From Squalus acanthias (Eukaryota): a DNA stretch of 64,000 bases. The notes beneath the pieces are model-generated. The model did no database searches. It had not been told where the DNA came from and was given only the letters and a program-made list of their open reading frames with translations. Shown piece by piece: positions 38,822 through 52,121 of this stretch. The stretch covers positions 98,766,001 to 98,830,000 of the forward strand of contig CM059431.1 of the NCBI GenBank assembly GCA_030390025.1, given 5' to 3'. How positions within the stretch are numbered: position 1 is the stretch's first letter; the number at the start of each line of letters is the position of its first letter. A program made the translations under genes and the position numbers.

Positions 38822-40144
38822 GGGACGGGCGATGGGAGCGGTGAGCTGAGTCGGGACGGGCGATGGGAGCGGTGAGCTGAGTCGGGCCCTGATGGGAGCG
38901 GTGAGCTGAGTCGGGCCCTGATGGGAACGGCGAGCTGAGTCGGGACGGGCGATGGGAGCGGTGAGCTGAGTAGGGCCCTGATGGGAACGGCGAGCTGAGT
39001 CGGGACGGGCGATGGGAGCGGTGAGCTGAGTCGGGACGGGCGATGGGAGCGGTGAGCTGAGTCGGGACGGGCGATGGGAGCGGTGAGCTGAGTCGGGACG
39101 GGCGATGGGAGCGGTGAGCTGAGTCGGGACGGGCGATGGGAGCGGTGAGCTGAGTCGGGACGGGCGATGGGAGCGGTGAGCTGAGTCGGGACGGGCGATG
39201 GGAGCGGTGAGCTGAGTCGGGACGGGCGATGGGAGCGGTGAGCTGAGTCGGGACGGGCGATGGGAGTGGTGAGCTGAGTCGGGCCCTGATGGGAACGGCG
39301 AGCTGAGTCGGGACGGGCGATGGGAGCGGTGAGCTGATTAGGGCCCTGATGGGAACGGCGAGCTGAGTCGGGACGGGCGATGGGAGCGGTGAGCTGAGTC
39401 GGGACGGGCGATGGGAGCGGTGAGCTGAGTCGGGACGGGCGATGGGAGCGGTGAGCTGAGTCGGGCCCTGATGGGAGCGGCGAGCTGAGTCGGGCCCTGA
39501 TGGGAACGGCGAGCTGAGTCGGGACGGGCGATGGGAGCGGTGAGCTGAGTAGGGCCCTGATGGGAACGGCGAGCTGAGTCGGGACGGGCGATGGGAGCGG
39601 TGAGCTGAGCTGAGTCGGGACGGGCGATGGGAGCGGTGAGCTGAGTCGGGACGGGCGATGGGAGCGGTGAGCTGAGTCGGGACGGGCGATGGGAGCGGTG
39701 AGCTGAGTCGGGACGGGCGATGGGAGCGGTGAGCTGAGTCGGGATGGGCGATGGGAGCGGTGAGCTGAGTCGGGACGGGCGATGGGAGCGGTGAGCTGAG
39801 TCGGGACGGGCGATGGAGGCGATGGGAGCGGTGAGCTGAGTCGGGATGGGCGATGGGAGCGGTGAGCTGAGTCGGGACGGGCGATGGGAGCGGTGAGCTG
39901 AGTCGGGACGGGCGATGGGAGCGGTGAGCTGAGTCGGGCCCTGATGGGAGCGGTGAGCTGAGTCGGGACGGGCGATGGGAGCGGTGAGCTGAGTCGGGAC
40001 GGGCGATGGGAGCGGTGAGCTGAGTCGGGACGGGCGATGGAAGCGGTGAGCTGAGTCGGGACGGGCGATGGGAGTGGCGAGCTGAGTCGGGACCTGATGG
40101 GAGCGGTGAGCTGAGTCGGGACGGGCGATGGAAGCGGCGAGCTG
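38822..40144. repeat. G-rich minisatellite, 31-bp unit (~43 copies)
   Basis: gggacgggcgatgggagcggtgagctgagtc with a 29-bp variant gggccctgatgggaacggcgagctgagtc. Confidence 0.97.
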
Positions 40145-40452
40145 CGGGCCTTTCAAATAAGGACCGATGCCAATTCTGGCACCGTCCACATGCAGAGCCA
40201 TCGCTCCACTGACTTGCTGCCTGATTTGGGCACAAGTCAAATTTCTCCACCCGTATCTCCACAGATTTCTATTCCCCTAGTGGAAAGATGGCAATATCCG
40301 TATGTGCAGGTTAAATGAATGATGAAGCATCATTCTTTTATTATCTCAGGTGATGCTTCCATATGCCTCAGTAAATTGTTACGCTCAACAAATTCAAATA
40401 TGTAAATAAATCAGCATCTGTAACACCCATACATACAGATTACAGCACACAT

Positions 40453-42069
40453 ATAGAAACATAGAAACATAGAATCTAGGAGCAGGAGTAGGCCATTCGG
40501 CCCGTCGAGCCTGCTCCACCATTCAATATGATCATGGCTGATCATCCAAATCCAGTACCCTGTCCCTGCTTTAATCCCCACAGTACACATATCCCACCCT
40601 ACCCCCGTAACCCCACGTATTTAATTCCCCCTAACATAATCCTAACCGCCAATCTACTATCTATCACAGAACCATCTCCTGCATCTAACAGAATTGCACA
40701 CACGAAATAGGAGCAGAATCAGGCTACACAGTCCCTGGGCCCGCTCCACTACCCACAGGGCCATGACCGATCCGAACCTAGACTCATGTCCAAATTCCTG
40801 CCCGCTCCCCGTAACCCTTAATGCCCTTTACTTCTAGGAAACTGTCTATTTCTGTTTTAAATTTAATTAATGTTGTAGCTTCTACAGCTTTTTGTGGCAG
40901 CATATTCCATGGACCTACCACCCTCTGAGTGAAGTAGTTCCTCCTCATCTCAGTTTTGAAAGAGCAGTCCCTTATTCTAAGACTATGTCCCCTAGTTCTC
41001 GTCTCACCCGTCATCGGGAACATCCTCCCCGCATCCACCCGATCCAACCCCTTCACAATCTTATATGTTTCAATAAGATCGCCTCTCATTCTTCTGAACT
41101 CCAATGAGTAGAGTCCCAATCTACCCAACCTCTCCTCATATGACCACCCCCCTCATCCCCGGGATTAACCGAATGAACCTTTTTTGCACTGCCTCGAGAG
41201 CAAGGATGTCTTTCCTTAAGTAAGGACACCAAAACTGTATGCAGTATTCCAGGTGCGGTCTCACCAATACCTTGTACAACTGAAGCAATACCTCCCTATT
41301 TTTATATTCTATCCCCCTAGCAATGAAAGCCAACATTCCATTTGCCTTCTTAATCACTTGCTGCACCTGCATACTAACCTTTTGAGTTTCGTGCACCAGG
41401 ACCCCCAGATCCCTTTGCACTTCAGTACTCTCCAGTTTCTTGCCATTAAGATAATAAATTGCTCTAGGATTTTTCCTGCCAAAGTGCATCACCTCACACT
41501 TTCCAGTGTTGTATTCCATCTGCCAAATCTCTGCCCACTTACTTAGCCTGTCTATGTCCCCTTGCAGGTTTTTTATGTCCTCCTCATTCACTACTTTCCC
41601 TCCCATCTTTGTATCATCTGCAAATTTTGATATGTTACACTTGGTCCCTTCCTCCAAATCGTTAATATAGATTGTGAAGAGTTGGGGACCCAGCACTGAC
41701 CCCTGTGGAACACCACTAGTTACTGATTGCCAGTCTGAGAATGAACCATTTATCCCAACTCTTTGCTTTCTGTTAGATAGCCAATCCTCTATCCATGCCA
41801 GAATATTACCCCCAATTCCGTGATTTTTTACCTTAAGCAATAATCTTTTGTGTGGCACCTTGTCAAATGCCTTTTGGAAGTCTAAATACACTACGTCCAC
41901 TGGTTCCCCTTTATCCACTCTATATGTTACTTCCTCAAAGAACTCCAGCAAATTTGTCAAACATGACTTCCCCTTCGTAAAACCATGCTGACTTTGTCCT
42001 ATTAAATTATGATTATCCAAATGTCCTGTTACTGTTTCCTTAATAATGGACTCCAAAATTTTACCTACC
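40453..42069 (-). mobile_element. CR1 LINE with extended, composite 3' UTR
   Basis: ORFs 41136-42071 and 40784-41128 (one frameshift); (CTATGTTT)n tail at 40453. Confidence 0.93.
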
Positions 42070-42325
42070 ACACATATCCCATCCTATCCCCATAACCCCA
42101 CATATTTAATCCCCCCTAACACTAAGGGTCAATTTATCATAGCCAAATCAACCTAACCCACACATTTTTGGACTGTGGGAGGAAACCGGAGCACCCGGAG
42201 GAAACCCACGCAGACACGGGGAGAATGTGCAAACTCCACACAGACAGTCACCCGAGGTCAGATTCGAACCCGGGTCTCTGGCGCTGTGAGGCACCAATGC
42301 TAACCACTATGCCACCGTGTTGCCC
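42070..42325 (-). mobile_element. HE1-like V-SINE (head and body)
   Basis: A box tggcatagtgg, B box ggttcgaatc, V-domain gtgtggagtttgcacattctccccgtgtctgcgtgggtttcctccgggtgctccggtttcctcccaca. Confidence 0.88.
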
Positions 42326-42879
42326 AATGAGCACTTGTAAAAATAATTATAGACACAACTACAAACACGTAACCACAACCACAAAACTCTCCCAAAGACA
42401 GGGTCAAACTGTGCACAGCAACACACTAAAAGAATTACAAGCTCCAGCACATTCAAAACACTTACAAATAACCACAAAATGTTTACTTTATCTGTCACCA
42501 AACCCACAACACGCCAATATAAAAAGCTGTACATTAGTTACCAAAACATTCAGCATGTCCTCTGAGCAATGAGAGAACCAATAGTATTTTTAAAAAACCT
42601 CGGAGTCCACCATCATTTTATTGTGAAGAAAATAAAGTGGAATTTTTTGTAAAGTGGACCAATCTGATCATATGACCCCAGATTCCCCTCCCATTGGAGG
42701 GCTTGGGGCAGGGTGGTCCTAGTAGCCACCAATGTGAAACCACCACTAATGTGCCACAATTTGCTCCCAGAAGCTCATTACGCAATTTGGAGACCAGACA
42801 TCTGCACTTCACTGGCTCACCATCACGAAGATGGAGGGAAATACAGTTCTGCTGCAGCCAGTTAAAGGGATGGCACAAG

Positions 42880-43115
42880 GAGCATCGAGCTCAGAGGTGT
42901 CAGCAGCTGGAAAGTCCACCATATCTGCTAGTGTCTCTGGAGGTGCTGCTGGCAGCACTGGGCCTGAGGAGGGACTGTCTGGTAAGCACTGAGGGCAGGA
43001 GGACCCATAATAAGAGTGACGCAGGCCAGGGAGGGAGGTGGCGGACGCAGTCAGTGCAACCTCCACTACCACAAGAACTGCCATACAGTTCAAGAAAAAG
43101 TTCAATGACCTGGGT
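42880..43115 (+). pseudogene. Harbinger Myb/SANT-like ORF remnant
   Basis: SLEVLLAAL..RRDCL then EVADAVSATSTTTRTAIQFKKKFNDL across a frameshift. Confidence 0.65.
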
Positions 43116-44796
43116 GGCCAAGGCTCTAGTGCCAATTGGCATCCTCTACCACTCATACAGCTTTACTCTTTCTCTATCAGCACCTGGGTGTCAGGGAAAC
43201 TCACTTCTCAAAAGAGCAACCTTTCCAAACGATCAAGCGTCTTCTTTAGTGAAAACTAACTCAACTCACTTTGCCTGCCACAAGGGCTTCTCGACTTCAA
43301 GGTCACTTCATTTAAAGAAACATTTCATCTTCGTGGCATACGTGACCTCATATGGGGCAAGTTTCCATGACACAGGCCGATAAACATTCTTCTCTCCCTC
43401 TCAATAACAAAATGCACAACTGCCGCCACAGAAGGACAATTGGGGAAGGATGACCCTCACCGACAGCCCTGAGTGTGCAGGAAAAAGTGGCGTTGGATTT
43501 AATAGGCAGAAAAACAGGACAGCCAGTAGGAGAGGACGAGGTTGGAGGCAAGCTGGCAAGAGAAGGTTGGTAAAGACTGGGCAAGGCTCACCATATATTT
43601 TCCTCAAAGTATTCCAATGACCTTACAATCACCCAGTATTTCTTCAAAGACAAATGTCACTGTGTGCACAGTTAAACAAGCTCTTCTGTCTTTCACATTA
43701 AAGGGGGTGCCTTGAAGGAAGTGGCCAGCCACTCCGATCACCGCCCAGGCACTTTAAGATCCGCACCTGCTGCCAGATCCTCACCTGCTCGGTCCTGGCA
43801 TCTTACCTGTGCAAGCATCAGCACAGAGCTACCCACTCATGAGGAACTAGTTAGACAGTAACAAGAGTTATCACTGGGTGAATCACTGAACACTAGTGAG
43901 GAGGCGGACCTGGGAGCGAAAGAGAGACAGTGTGCCATTCCTCCACGGAGAAGGGGCGAGTAACAAATGTCGTCAGTTGATGATCCTAGGGTCCCAGATC
44001 TCAGGGGCCCAGTCTTCAAAGGAGCAATAATTCAAGAGCAACAATCTCACATGCAGGCAGTGGAGACGGTTTCTAGACGTATGGTTGAGACGATGGATAA
44101 GTGGGAGGAGTCCACTGCTTGGATCTGCAGAACACCCTGGAGACAGTCTCAGCCGGGAGACTGCTGCAACATCAAGACACCACACCTTGCTACTACTCCT
44201 CATTCAACTCCTTGGCAAATTCTCTCTCCATGGCAATATTGTGCAGAATACCATTACAATTCTACCCAGCTAGATATGGGAAGACTGGATAAAGGCTTCA
44301 TAGGATCTGTACTTTTGCCTTCTCTATTGAGTTTGTCAGTCTGTGGCCTAAACCACCTAAGCTCCTTGTCCTTTTGTTGACCGTATGTTTTTATCTTAGG
44401 CTTGGTCGATGATCAGAGCATAAGCTGTACAATGGACTGACAGTCTGAATACACTTGAACTTGGCTGGTATAATTTGTTGAGGACCACGTAGCATGTTCT
44501 TGCCTTATTCATTTGCTATCTGTATGCTATATGTTCCACTGGCTAAGGACACTATGGCGGAACAGTGACATAGGTTCAATTATTAAGGATTGTTAACTGT
44601 TCAAAATACATATACTTCCTATTTTTTTAACAAGTTAATTGGTTAGCAACTGGTGACTTGGGGATGGGGTGAGATGTGGCAAAACATGATGGGAAAGACA
44701 CAATGACCTAGCAGAGTTCCTGGTGACTTTTCTTTTCTCCCCTACATTCCACAATGCTAATTTGGGTTCTTTAAATGTACACGGAAGATAAATTAG

Positions 44797-46548
44797 AACA
44801 TAAGGATTAGGAGCAGGAGTGGGCTATATGGCTCTTCGAGACTGCTCCGCCATTCAATAAGATCATGGCTGATCTTCGACCTCAACTCCACTTTCCTACC
44901 CGATCCCTGTAATCACTTGATTCCCCACGAGTCCAAAAGTCTATCGATCTCAGCCTTAAATATACTCAACGATTCAGTATTCACAGCCCTGTGGGGTATA
45001 GAATTCCAAAGATTCACAACCCTCTGAGTGAAGAAATTCCTCCTCATCTCAGTCTTAAATGGCTGATTCCTTATCCTGAGACTATGCCCCCTAGTTCTAG
45101 ACTCCCCAGCCAGGGGAAACAACCTCTCAGCATCTAACCTGTTAATTCCCTTCAGAATCTTCTATGTTTCAATAAGATCACCTCTCATTCTTCTAAACTC
45201 CAGCAAGTATAGGCCCAATCTACTCAATCTCTCCTCATAGGACAACCCTCTCATCCCAGGAATCAATCTAGTGAACCTTTGTTGCACCGCCTCCAAGGCA
45301 AGTATATCCTTCCTCAGATAAGGAGACCAAAACTGTGCACAGTTCTCCAGGTGTGGTCTCACCAAAGCCCTGTACAATTGTAGCTGTGAAGGAATAAGCC
45401 ATAAAACCTATTCAGAAAAATACACCATTCTATGAAAGAATTCTGGCCTTATTAAAACATGACAAACTGGGTTTGGAAATCTAGAAACCTAACTATGGAA
45501 AAGCTGTGATAGCATTCTGGCTATCGAGATAAGATAGTTGTTGATACTGAATCAATAACCTTATTGAAACAGAAGGTTAAAGGCTCCTGACAGACTGACC
45601 TTTGGGAACAAGACAATAGTTCACCCTGGTTAAGGTGTTCTAATTTACACTTCGTAAAGAAGCACAAACATCTGCCTTCGTAAAAATGACATCAAGTAAA
45701 AAACGCACCTGCTGTTACACTGTTTTTTATGGTAAACTTAAAACACCTAGAGAAGAGACATAATTCTGTAATAATACCAGTTGAGGCGATTGTAAGAATT
45801 GCAGGGGTCAGCAGAAAAATGACTAGAGATAATTAGCTTACATCAGCAGAAAACCTTAAAGGAAATATCACTGGAAAAGGGTATAAATATTGAACTCTCA
45901 AATGGGATAGGAGACTCGCTGTAAAGGGGTAAAATGATTCTCGGCTTCAGAGGCGGCTCTGTAAGTCTCCAACTCTTTGTACCTCGGGGATCAAAGGTAC
46001 TGTATTTGATTTTGGTGGATATCCTGTAGAAAACTAAGAACTGTAAAACTGTAGCGAAGTTAAGATTTGAGAGTAGATTCTCTGATAATAGAATTGTAAG
46101 CTTTCTCTTTTTGGAACTGTTAATGTTGCGATTGACTCACCAACTGTAAATTACATGTCGGTTCTTTAATAAATCTATATATTTTTAGAAATGTCTCACA
46201 TAAGACTTCTGTATCAAACTCGCGAACTCAATCTCTGTACACTCTTTGGTGAGGAGTTGCAGAATTCTGGGGGAGTTTTCCGGACCCTCATAATATCCGG
46301 AACGTTACAGTCGAGCTAAACTTATTAAAAGTGCTATCTGGAGGACGGTAACATTTTCAGGCTGTTCCTTTCCTTTAGGGAGAGATGGTCCAGACCTTTA
46401 GACCCAATTAAGCGTCTTTAGGATTCAGCTACCTCAAACTTAAGTTGAAAGTGAACGTCTGAGGAATACGCCTGATCTGGGGTAGCCCTAAAGGGGCTAG
46501 GACTAGTAATTATCCCTTCATAGCAAGACTTCTTTACTGTTGTACTCC
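44797..46548 (-). mobile_element. CR1 3' fragment split by the solo LTR
   Basis: ORFs 44913-45122 and 45162-45377; continues at 46521-46548. Confidence 0.88.
45385..46520 (+). mobile_element. Solo LTR (1136 bp) inserted in a CR1
   Basis: TG...CA termini with short inverted ends (tgaaggaataa / ttatcccttca), 4-bp TSD tagc; splits a CR1 that resumes at 46521; TATA-like tataaata 45882-45889, AATAAA 46168-46173. Confidence 0.8.
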
Positions 46549-46712
46549 TCATTACAGTTTGCTGGCTTTATAATTTAACTGTAGGTAGATGTAAAAATGT
46601 TGAGTGATGCAGTGAATCATTGACAAGTTAGCAACTGGCAGATGAAAAAAGTTAGAAGATAAAAAGGAACTAGGGAACAAGCGTAGCAGAAGAGAAAAAA
46701 AAACATTCTTAC

Positions 46713-46884
46713 CATTGCTGGTCCATTATCCTGACTAACAGCCGAAGGAATTATAAATGTCGTGTCTCCAAATGGAAGTGGTGTACTTGTATCTTGAGCA
46801 CGCGTGTCAGTGCAAATGATCTTGGATGCATTTGGTCGTTCTCCTTTATCATTATATTCATTGCATGTGTTTTTCCCCACAATT
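46713..46884 (-). CDS. GRAMD1C: GRAMD1C coding exon (disordered linker)
   Basis: tctag|(G)IVGKNTCNEYNDKGERP...SQDNGPAM|gtaag; 172 nt, phase 2/0, open and compatible with both neighbours; low sequence conservation. Confidence 0.82.
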
Positions 46885-48362
46885 CTAGACACAAGAATAT
46901 TACACAGTCATGCACAAGAAAGGTCTGCTCAGCCTATCCAAAGCTCATTTTTCGAATGCACTAACTCTGTCACCTTAGCATTTAACTGTATTTTGAATAA
47001 CCCTGATGGTTTTTGTCTCAACTACCATGTCTTGGAGATTATTCCAAATACCTTCAAGTAGAAAAATCCTTCTGATATCTATTTTAAATCTACTTTTCAC
47101 TTATTTATATTTATGTCCTTCGGTCCTACTTTCCTGGCTTACTTTGAAATAATATTATGGTCTACCTTAACTATATTTATGAAAAAACTCTGCACATCTG
47201 TTGTGCAAATCTAGTCATCCATATTGTGACTATCAGCCAATGTCAATTTTCTTGCTCCTGCTCCTCATTTGTTAAATCCATGTTTTTCTCTTTTATGCTT
47301 GGTAAGTAATGAAAGTAAGAAATAAGCAAAGTTACACAAACTTTCGTCACTAATTTCAATTTTCCCATGTTCCACAAAAACAAACAAGGGTCAAATTCAA
47401 CATCCGCGTGGGCGTAAAGTGGATCATCAGCCCGTCATACAACCACCAGCCCGCCCCCCCGCCGCCCGATTTTCTTTACTAGTGGCCGATCCACTACTGC
47501 CCGTTTTGCACCCCTACTAAAAGTGACTTTTACCCTCCATGTCTCTGAGCTACAGCCACCATGACAATTCCCAATACACCCTCCTGTCTACCCCTGAAAT
47601 ACAGTGGCCATGTTGAATTTCTTAATTTAAAATAATGAGACTTTATCACAATTTATGCTGTATGGGGAACCACATCATTTATACACACAGGTTATTAAAT
47701 ACAAAGATAAAATTTAACTTTGCACAGATAACCATCTTTTGAAGCAATAAAAGGATTCCAAGATAAATATTAAAGAAATACAGACAAAAGATTATATATA
47801 AAGAGAAAACAAAATTAGGAGCTAATCAGTTACATTATACTCTGTTCAATATTTTTAAGTTTAATACTTTTGTTTAAACAAATAAAACCCAGTGGCATTT
47901 AAACATTGTTTTTTCCTGTATAATGCCCTACTGCAACAGAGGTGTTCCATTCAGTATCTTAGCTGTCCAGATTCCAACAATGGCTAATTTCTATCTGCAG
48001 TCTGATGGGACGAGTGGGCTTCTAGTAATTCATTGTAAAAACTCACTAGCTCATTACAGTTAAACAGCTAGTTATGGGCGGTCCTTGAGAGAAACTCAGT
48101 ACAGTGAGGGATAAGCACACAAAGAATAAAATTATGGTATGAATTTTAGCATTAAAAAATTCTTCAATATTACCATCATCTCCCTACTACAGAGTCTAAT
48201 TCACCAATTAAAACTAAAAAATGAGCCGGGCGTATATAACTTTTCTGATCTGGAGTTAGTAAATTAAAAGATCAGAATTAAACTGATTGCCTTTGTGAGT
48301 AGTACAGCTATAAATCTATTGATTATCTGGGTAGCCAGTTTATAATGCAGATATTTCCTTAC

Positions 48363-48481
48363 CCTGCGAAGTAGGTATCGTCATTGGATAATTGCAGGTT
48401 ATCCATTTCATCTCTTTTTAATCCCAGGTCTGTGCCATAATTCTGCTGTACCATGCTAAGGAGCTCCGTTTTACTCAAATG
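48363..48481 (-). CDS. GRAMD1C: GRAMD1C (Aster-C) coding exon, first found in window (post-GRAM region)
   Basis: tttctag|HLSKTELLSMVQQNYGTDLGLKRDEMDNLQLSNDDTYFA(G)|gtaag; 119 nt, phase 0/2; resembles the QQNYGTELGL..EMENL motif of vertebrate GRAMD1C as I recall it. Confidence 0.93.
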
Positions 48482-48671
48482 CTAGAAACACAACAAAAAA
48501 AACTGTGAAACTGGAAATGGAACAAAAGGAATTAGAATTGCGTAGGGTTTTCAACATTCTTCGATCAGGAAGCATGCTCCAGACTGGAGAGGAGTGGAGA
48601 TGTTCTGAAGAAATCAAGCAGTAGGTGTCACCCTCTGGTGAGCTTTTTGACATACAGTATCTATGGACATC

Positions 48672-48739
48672 TGGTGATGTTGGCCATGTGGTGATGTTGG
48701 CCATGTGGTGATGTTAGCCATGTGGTGATGTTGGCCATC
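48672..48739. repeat. 17-bp tandem repeat x4
   Basis: tggtgatgttggccatg. Confidence 0.9.
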
Positions 48740-48892
48740 TGGTTGCACTCTGGTCCTGTAGAGAGCCGCAGTCCACTACTGGCTAAAATGTACATCAAAA
48801 CATTAAACTAAACAAAGATGAATCCTCTGCAAGGCCTGCCGGAATAGTCAGGTAGGAGGTATACGTGTGGAGGACGCTTCCTGCTTGAAGCA

Positions 48893-49272
48893 TTTTTTTT
48901 TTCATTCGTTCATAGAATGTGGGCGTCGCTGGCAAGGCCATCCTGAAATGCCCTTCAGAAGGTGGTGGTGAGCCGCCTTCTTGAACCGCAGAGGGCAGTT
49001 TAAAGTTAACCACATTGCTGTGGGTCTGGAGTCACATATAGGCCAGACCGGGTAAGGACGGTAGATTTCCTTCCCTAAAGGACATTAGTGAACCAGATGG
49101 GTTTTTACGACAATCCAGTAGCTTCATGGTCACCATTACTGACACTAGCTTTTTATTCCAGATTTATTTAATTAACTGAATTTAAATTCCCCAGCTGCCG
49201 TGGTGGGATTTGAACTCACATCTCTGGCTCATTCGTCCAGGCCTCTGGATTACTAGTCCAGTAACATCCTAT
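48893..49272 (-). mobile_element. tRNA-derived SINE sharing its tail with the second CR1-group LINE
   Basis: B-box-like gttcaaatccc; 3' end cggttcaagaaggcggctcaccacc...gcccacattc..gaatgaaaaaaa similar to 56660-56760. Confidence 0.7.
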
Positions 49273-52121
49273 AACATTCTCTATATGCTGCTGCACCTTA
49301 TTCTAGTTCTACCTGGGGAAGGAGGAGGATGGCTGAGGAGCAGGAGGGGAGGTGGCAGAGACCCACCAGGCAGGACAGATCTGCAAAGACATGGGCATCC
49401 ATGCTTCAAAATCTAAGCAGTAATGTTCAGTATATGAAAAGTGTGTGGATTACTCCAGATGACAGATTTAAACACACTGCCGTGGAACGAATGAAATGAT
49501 CTTTCAGTGAATCACTGGGCTTTCCGCCATTAGAAGTAATTATGTTGCTAGTTTCTGGTAGGAAACAACACATCCTTGGTACCATACACAACAAATGGTT
49601 GGCATGTCTGATGAATTAAGTCAGCACGTTCATCATAAAAAAAGCTCTATGAACATCTACGCGGTGAAAACAGCATTTTTGTTCAGGTTTACTGAGGGAT
49701 GGATAAAATGAAGACCGTACATTTTCTTAGCCTAAATGTTGAGCAACCACCCAAGTCAGAAAGCTCAAGTGCCACCCTAGGAATCAAATTCAGTAGGGCT
49801 GAGGCAGACCTACAACCAATATTTTGTGTCTAAATCCTGAAATATTATTCATTTCAAATCATGACATCAATCTGGTTTTGCAGAAGTTGGTGTAGCTTAT
49901 TTTTATATCTAACTCGGTGGCCATGAGTCCCAGACCATGGAACACATCACATCAACCTGCCCACTAAGATCTGCTGCAGGAGGCACCTCATTTCTCCACT
50001 CGACATCTCAGGAGGCCATCGAACGGATAACCAAACTAGACATCCTATTATAAGCTTTTCCCATCACACGAAACAACAATATACCTCTTAACCATGTGTA
50101 ACCCAAAGTTCCTGCTGTGTAAGACTGCACTATTGGCACCAGCCAATATTTAGATCTCACTAATCCTGGCAGCTCAAACTGGGTACTCTGCGATGAATGG
50201 CTTACCACCTAACCCCTCAAAGCCTCTGCATCATCTACAAGGCTCAAGTCAGGAGTGTGATGGAATACTCACCATTTGCCTGGATGAGACACAATAACAA
50301 TCAATAAGCTTGGCACTACCCTGGTAAAAGCAGTTTGTTTGATAGACGCCCCCGTGACTGGACTCAATATCTACCCCCTCCATCACTGGCACACAGTAGC
50401 TGCCGTATGTACTATCTACAGGATGCATTGCAGCAACTCAACGAGATTACTTTAACAGCACCTCCCTCCCCTGTGACATCTATTAACATTGCGGGAACAC
50501 CATCACCATAAAGGAGTGATGCTGTTCAAGAATGTGGCTCACCATCACCCTTTTAGAGAAACTAGGAATGGGCAATAAATGCATTACCAGTGGCGCTCAA
50601 ACCCTGAGAACAAATTTAAGAAAAAGGGAGCAGAGGACTCTTGTGGCACCCATTGTCTACCCTATCTGGAACAGTTACTGGGATAAAATGTCTCTTGGTG
50701 TGAACAGAAGCATGGATTTTGGGCAAGCTTTATGCATTTGACAATTTCACATCACTAGTGTGCATGCCAGAAAGAGTGAGCTTCAATTTTACAAACAACC
50801 AGTCACACATGAAATTTGCAAAAACAGAAAATAATCCTGTTTTGAAGAACCTCATAACATGGACCCTGGTGGTTGCTGGGAGATCAGCGACTTGAAGAAT
50901 TGTATTGGAGTACTGATAGAGTCATAGGGCTGGATTTTGTCAATGGGGAGCTTTTGGAGGCGGAACTCCCACTTGCCGGGTTTTAGTCCCACCTCCATCG
51001 ACTTCTGGTCAACCCACGCTATTTTCCCTTGATTGACCTTGTTAAGCCCGCCCAGCAGGCTTAGCAGGCCAATTAAGGGAAAGCTGGTTACAGAGAACGT
51101 CAACGTATGACGTTTCATCTGTCAAAAATTTTTGACAGATGAATTGTCATCGTTTGACAGCTCTGTGAAGCTGTCAAACACTGACATTCTCTGTTGTTTG
51201 ATGAGTTCTTATATTCAAGACTCATCAAACCTCTTTCTTTAGCAGAAATTAGATGGTTGTTGCATTGGAGAATGCAGCAGCCATCTGTCATCTCTGCCGA
51301 TGAGTTGAGAGACTCTCCGCATCCCCAACGATTGAAGCCTGCAAGAAGAAACAAAGGTAAGTAAACATTTTCTATCACTTTCCACTCACCTCACATACTT
51401 ACCTCTCCACACTTGCACCCATCACTTACCTTCACAGCGCACATCTGCACCCCTCCGACCCCCGCAGACCCACTGCTCGCCTCAGGTGACCCTGGCGGGC
51501 TTCGCAGCCTTCGGGAAGCCCGCACTTGTGTGGGTAAAATGGGGATAATCCTCTATCTGCCTGTTAACTGGCAGTTAAGTGGCTGTAATCCCCTTCCCGC
51601 CTCCAGGTGACTGGACCCGGCACGGGTCGGCTACCCGCCTCCCGGGAAGATGGCACGGAGGCGGGTTGGGGGCGGGATGGGCACCCGCCCCCAGATTCTG
51701 CCATTTTCCCGGCAGTCCCGCCTCCAAACCCGCCTCCCCAGGGCTGCCAAGAGCGTGTCCATCGAGTCATAACGGCACAGAAGGAGGCCATTCGGCCCAT
51801 CGAGTCTGTGCCGGCTCTCTGTAGTCCCATTCCCCCGCTCTGTCCCCGTAGCTCTGCAAGTTTATTTCCCTCAAGTGCCTATCCAGTCTCACCTTGAAAA
51901 CATTGATAGAGACATTGATGGCTCATTAAATGTCACATAGCCTTAAGTATGCTCCAGAAAATCTAGTTCAGCCAGTTACGGTTAGCTGGATTATAGAGTT
52001 TGCAGGTGCATACAAAAGAACAGAATTCTGGATGAGAATGCAGCCTGGGAGCTTCATATACCAATTCAGCGTGAAGCTTCACTGCTGGCAGTTGCATTTT
52101 GTACCAACCTTGTGGATTGAT

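Noticed and set aside
38784-40262. 492-aa and 300-aa repetitive ORFs
   Set aside because: Artefacts of a stop-free 31-bp minisatellite; the unit is not a multiple of 3 and there is no domain content
42250-42325. tRNA gene
   Set aside because: The A/B boxes continue into a V-SINE body; the same applies to the heads of the Deu-domain SINEs
37621-46884. Two adjacent exons both 172 nt long (exon duplication?)
   Set aside because: Different phases and no visible sequence similarity
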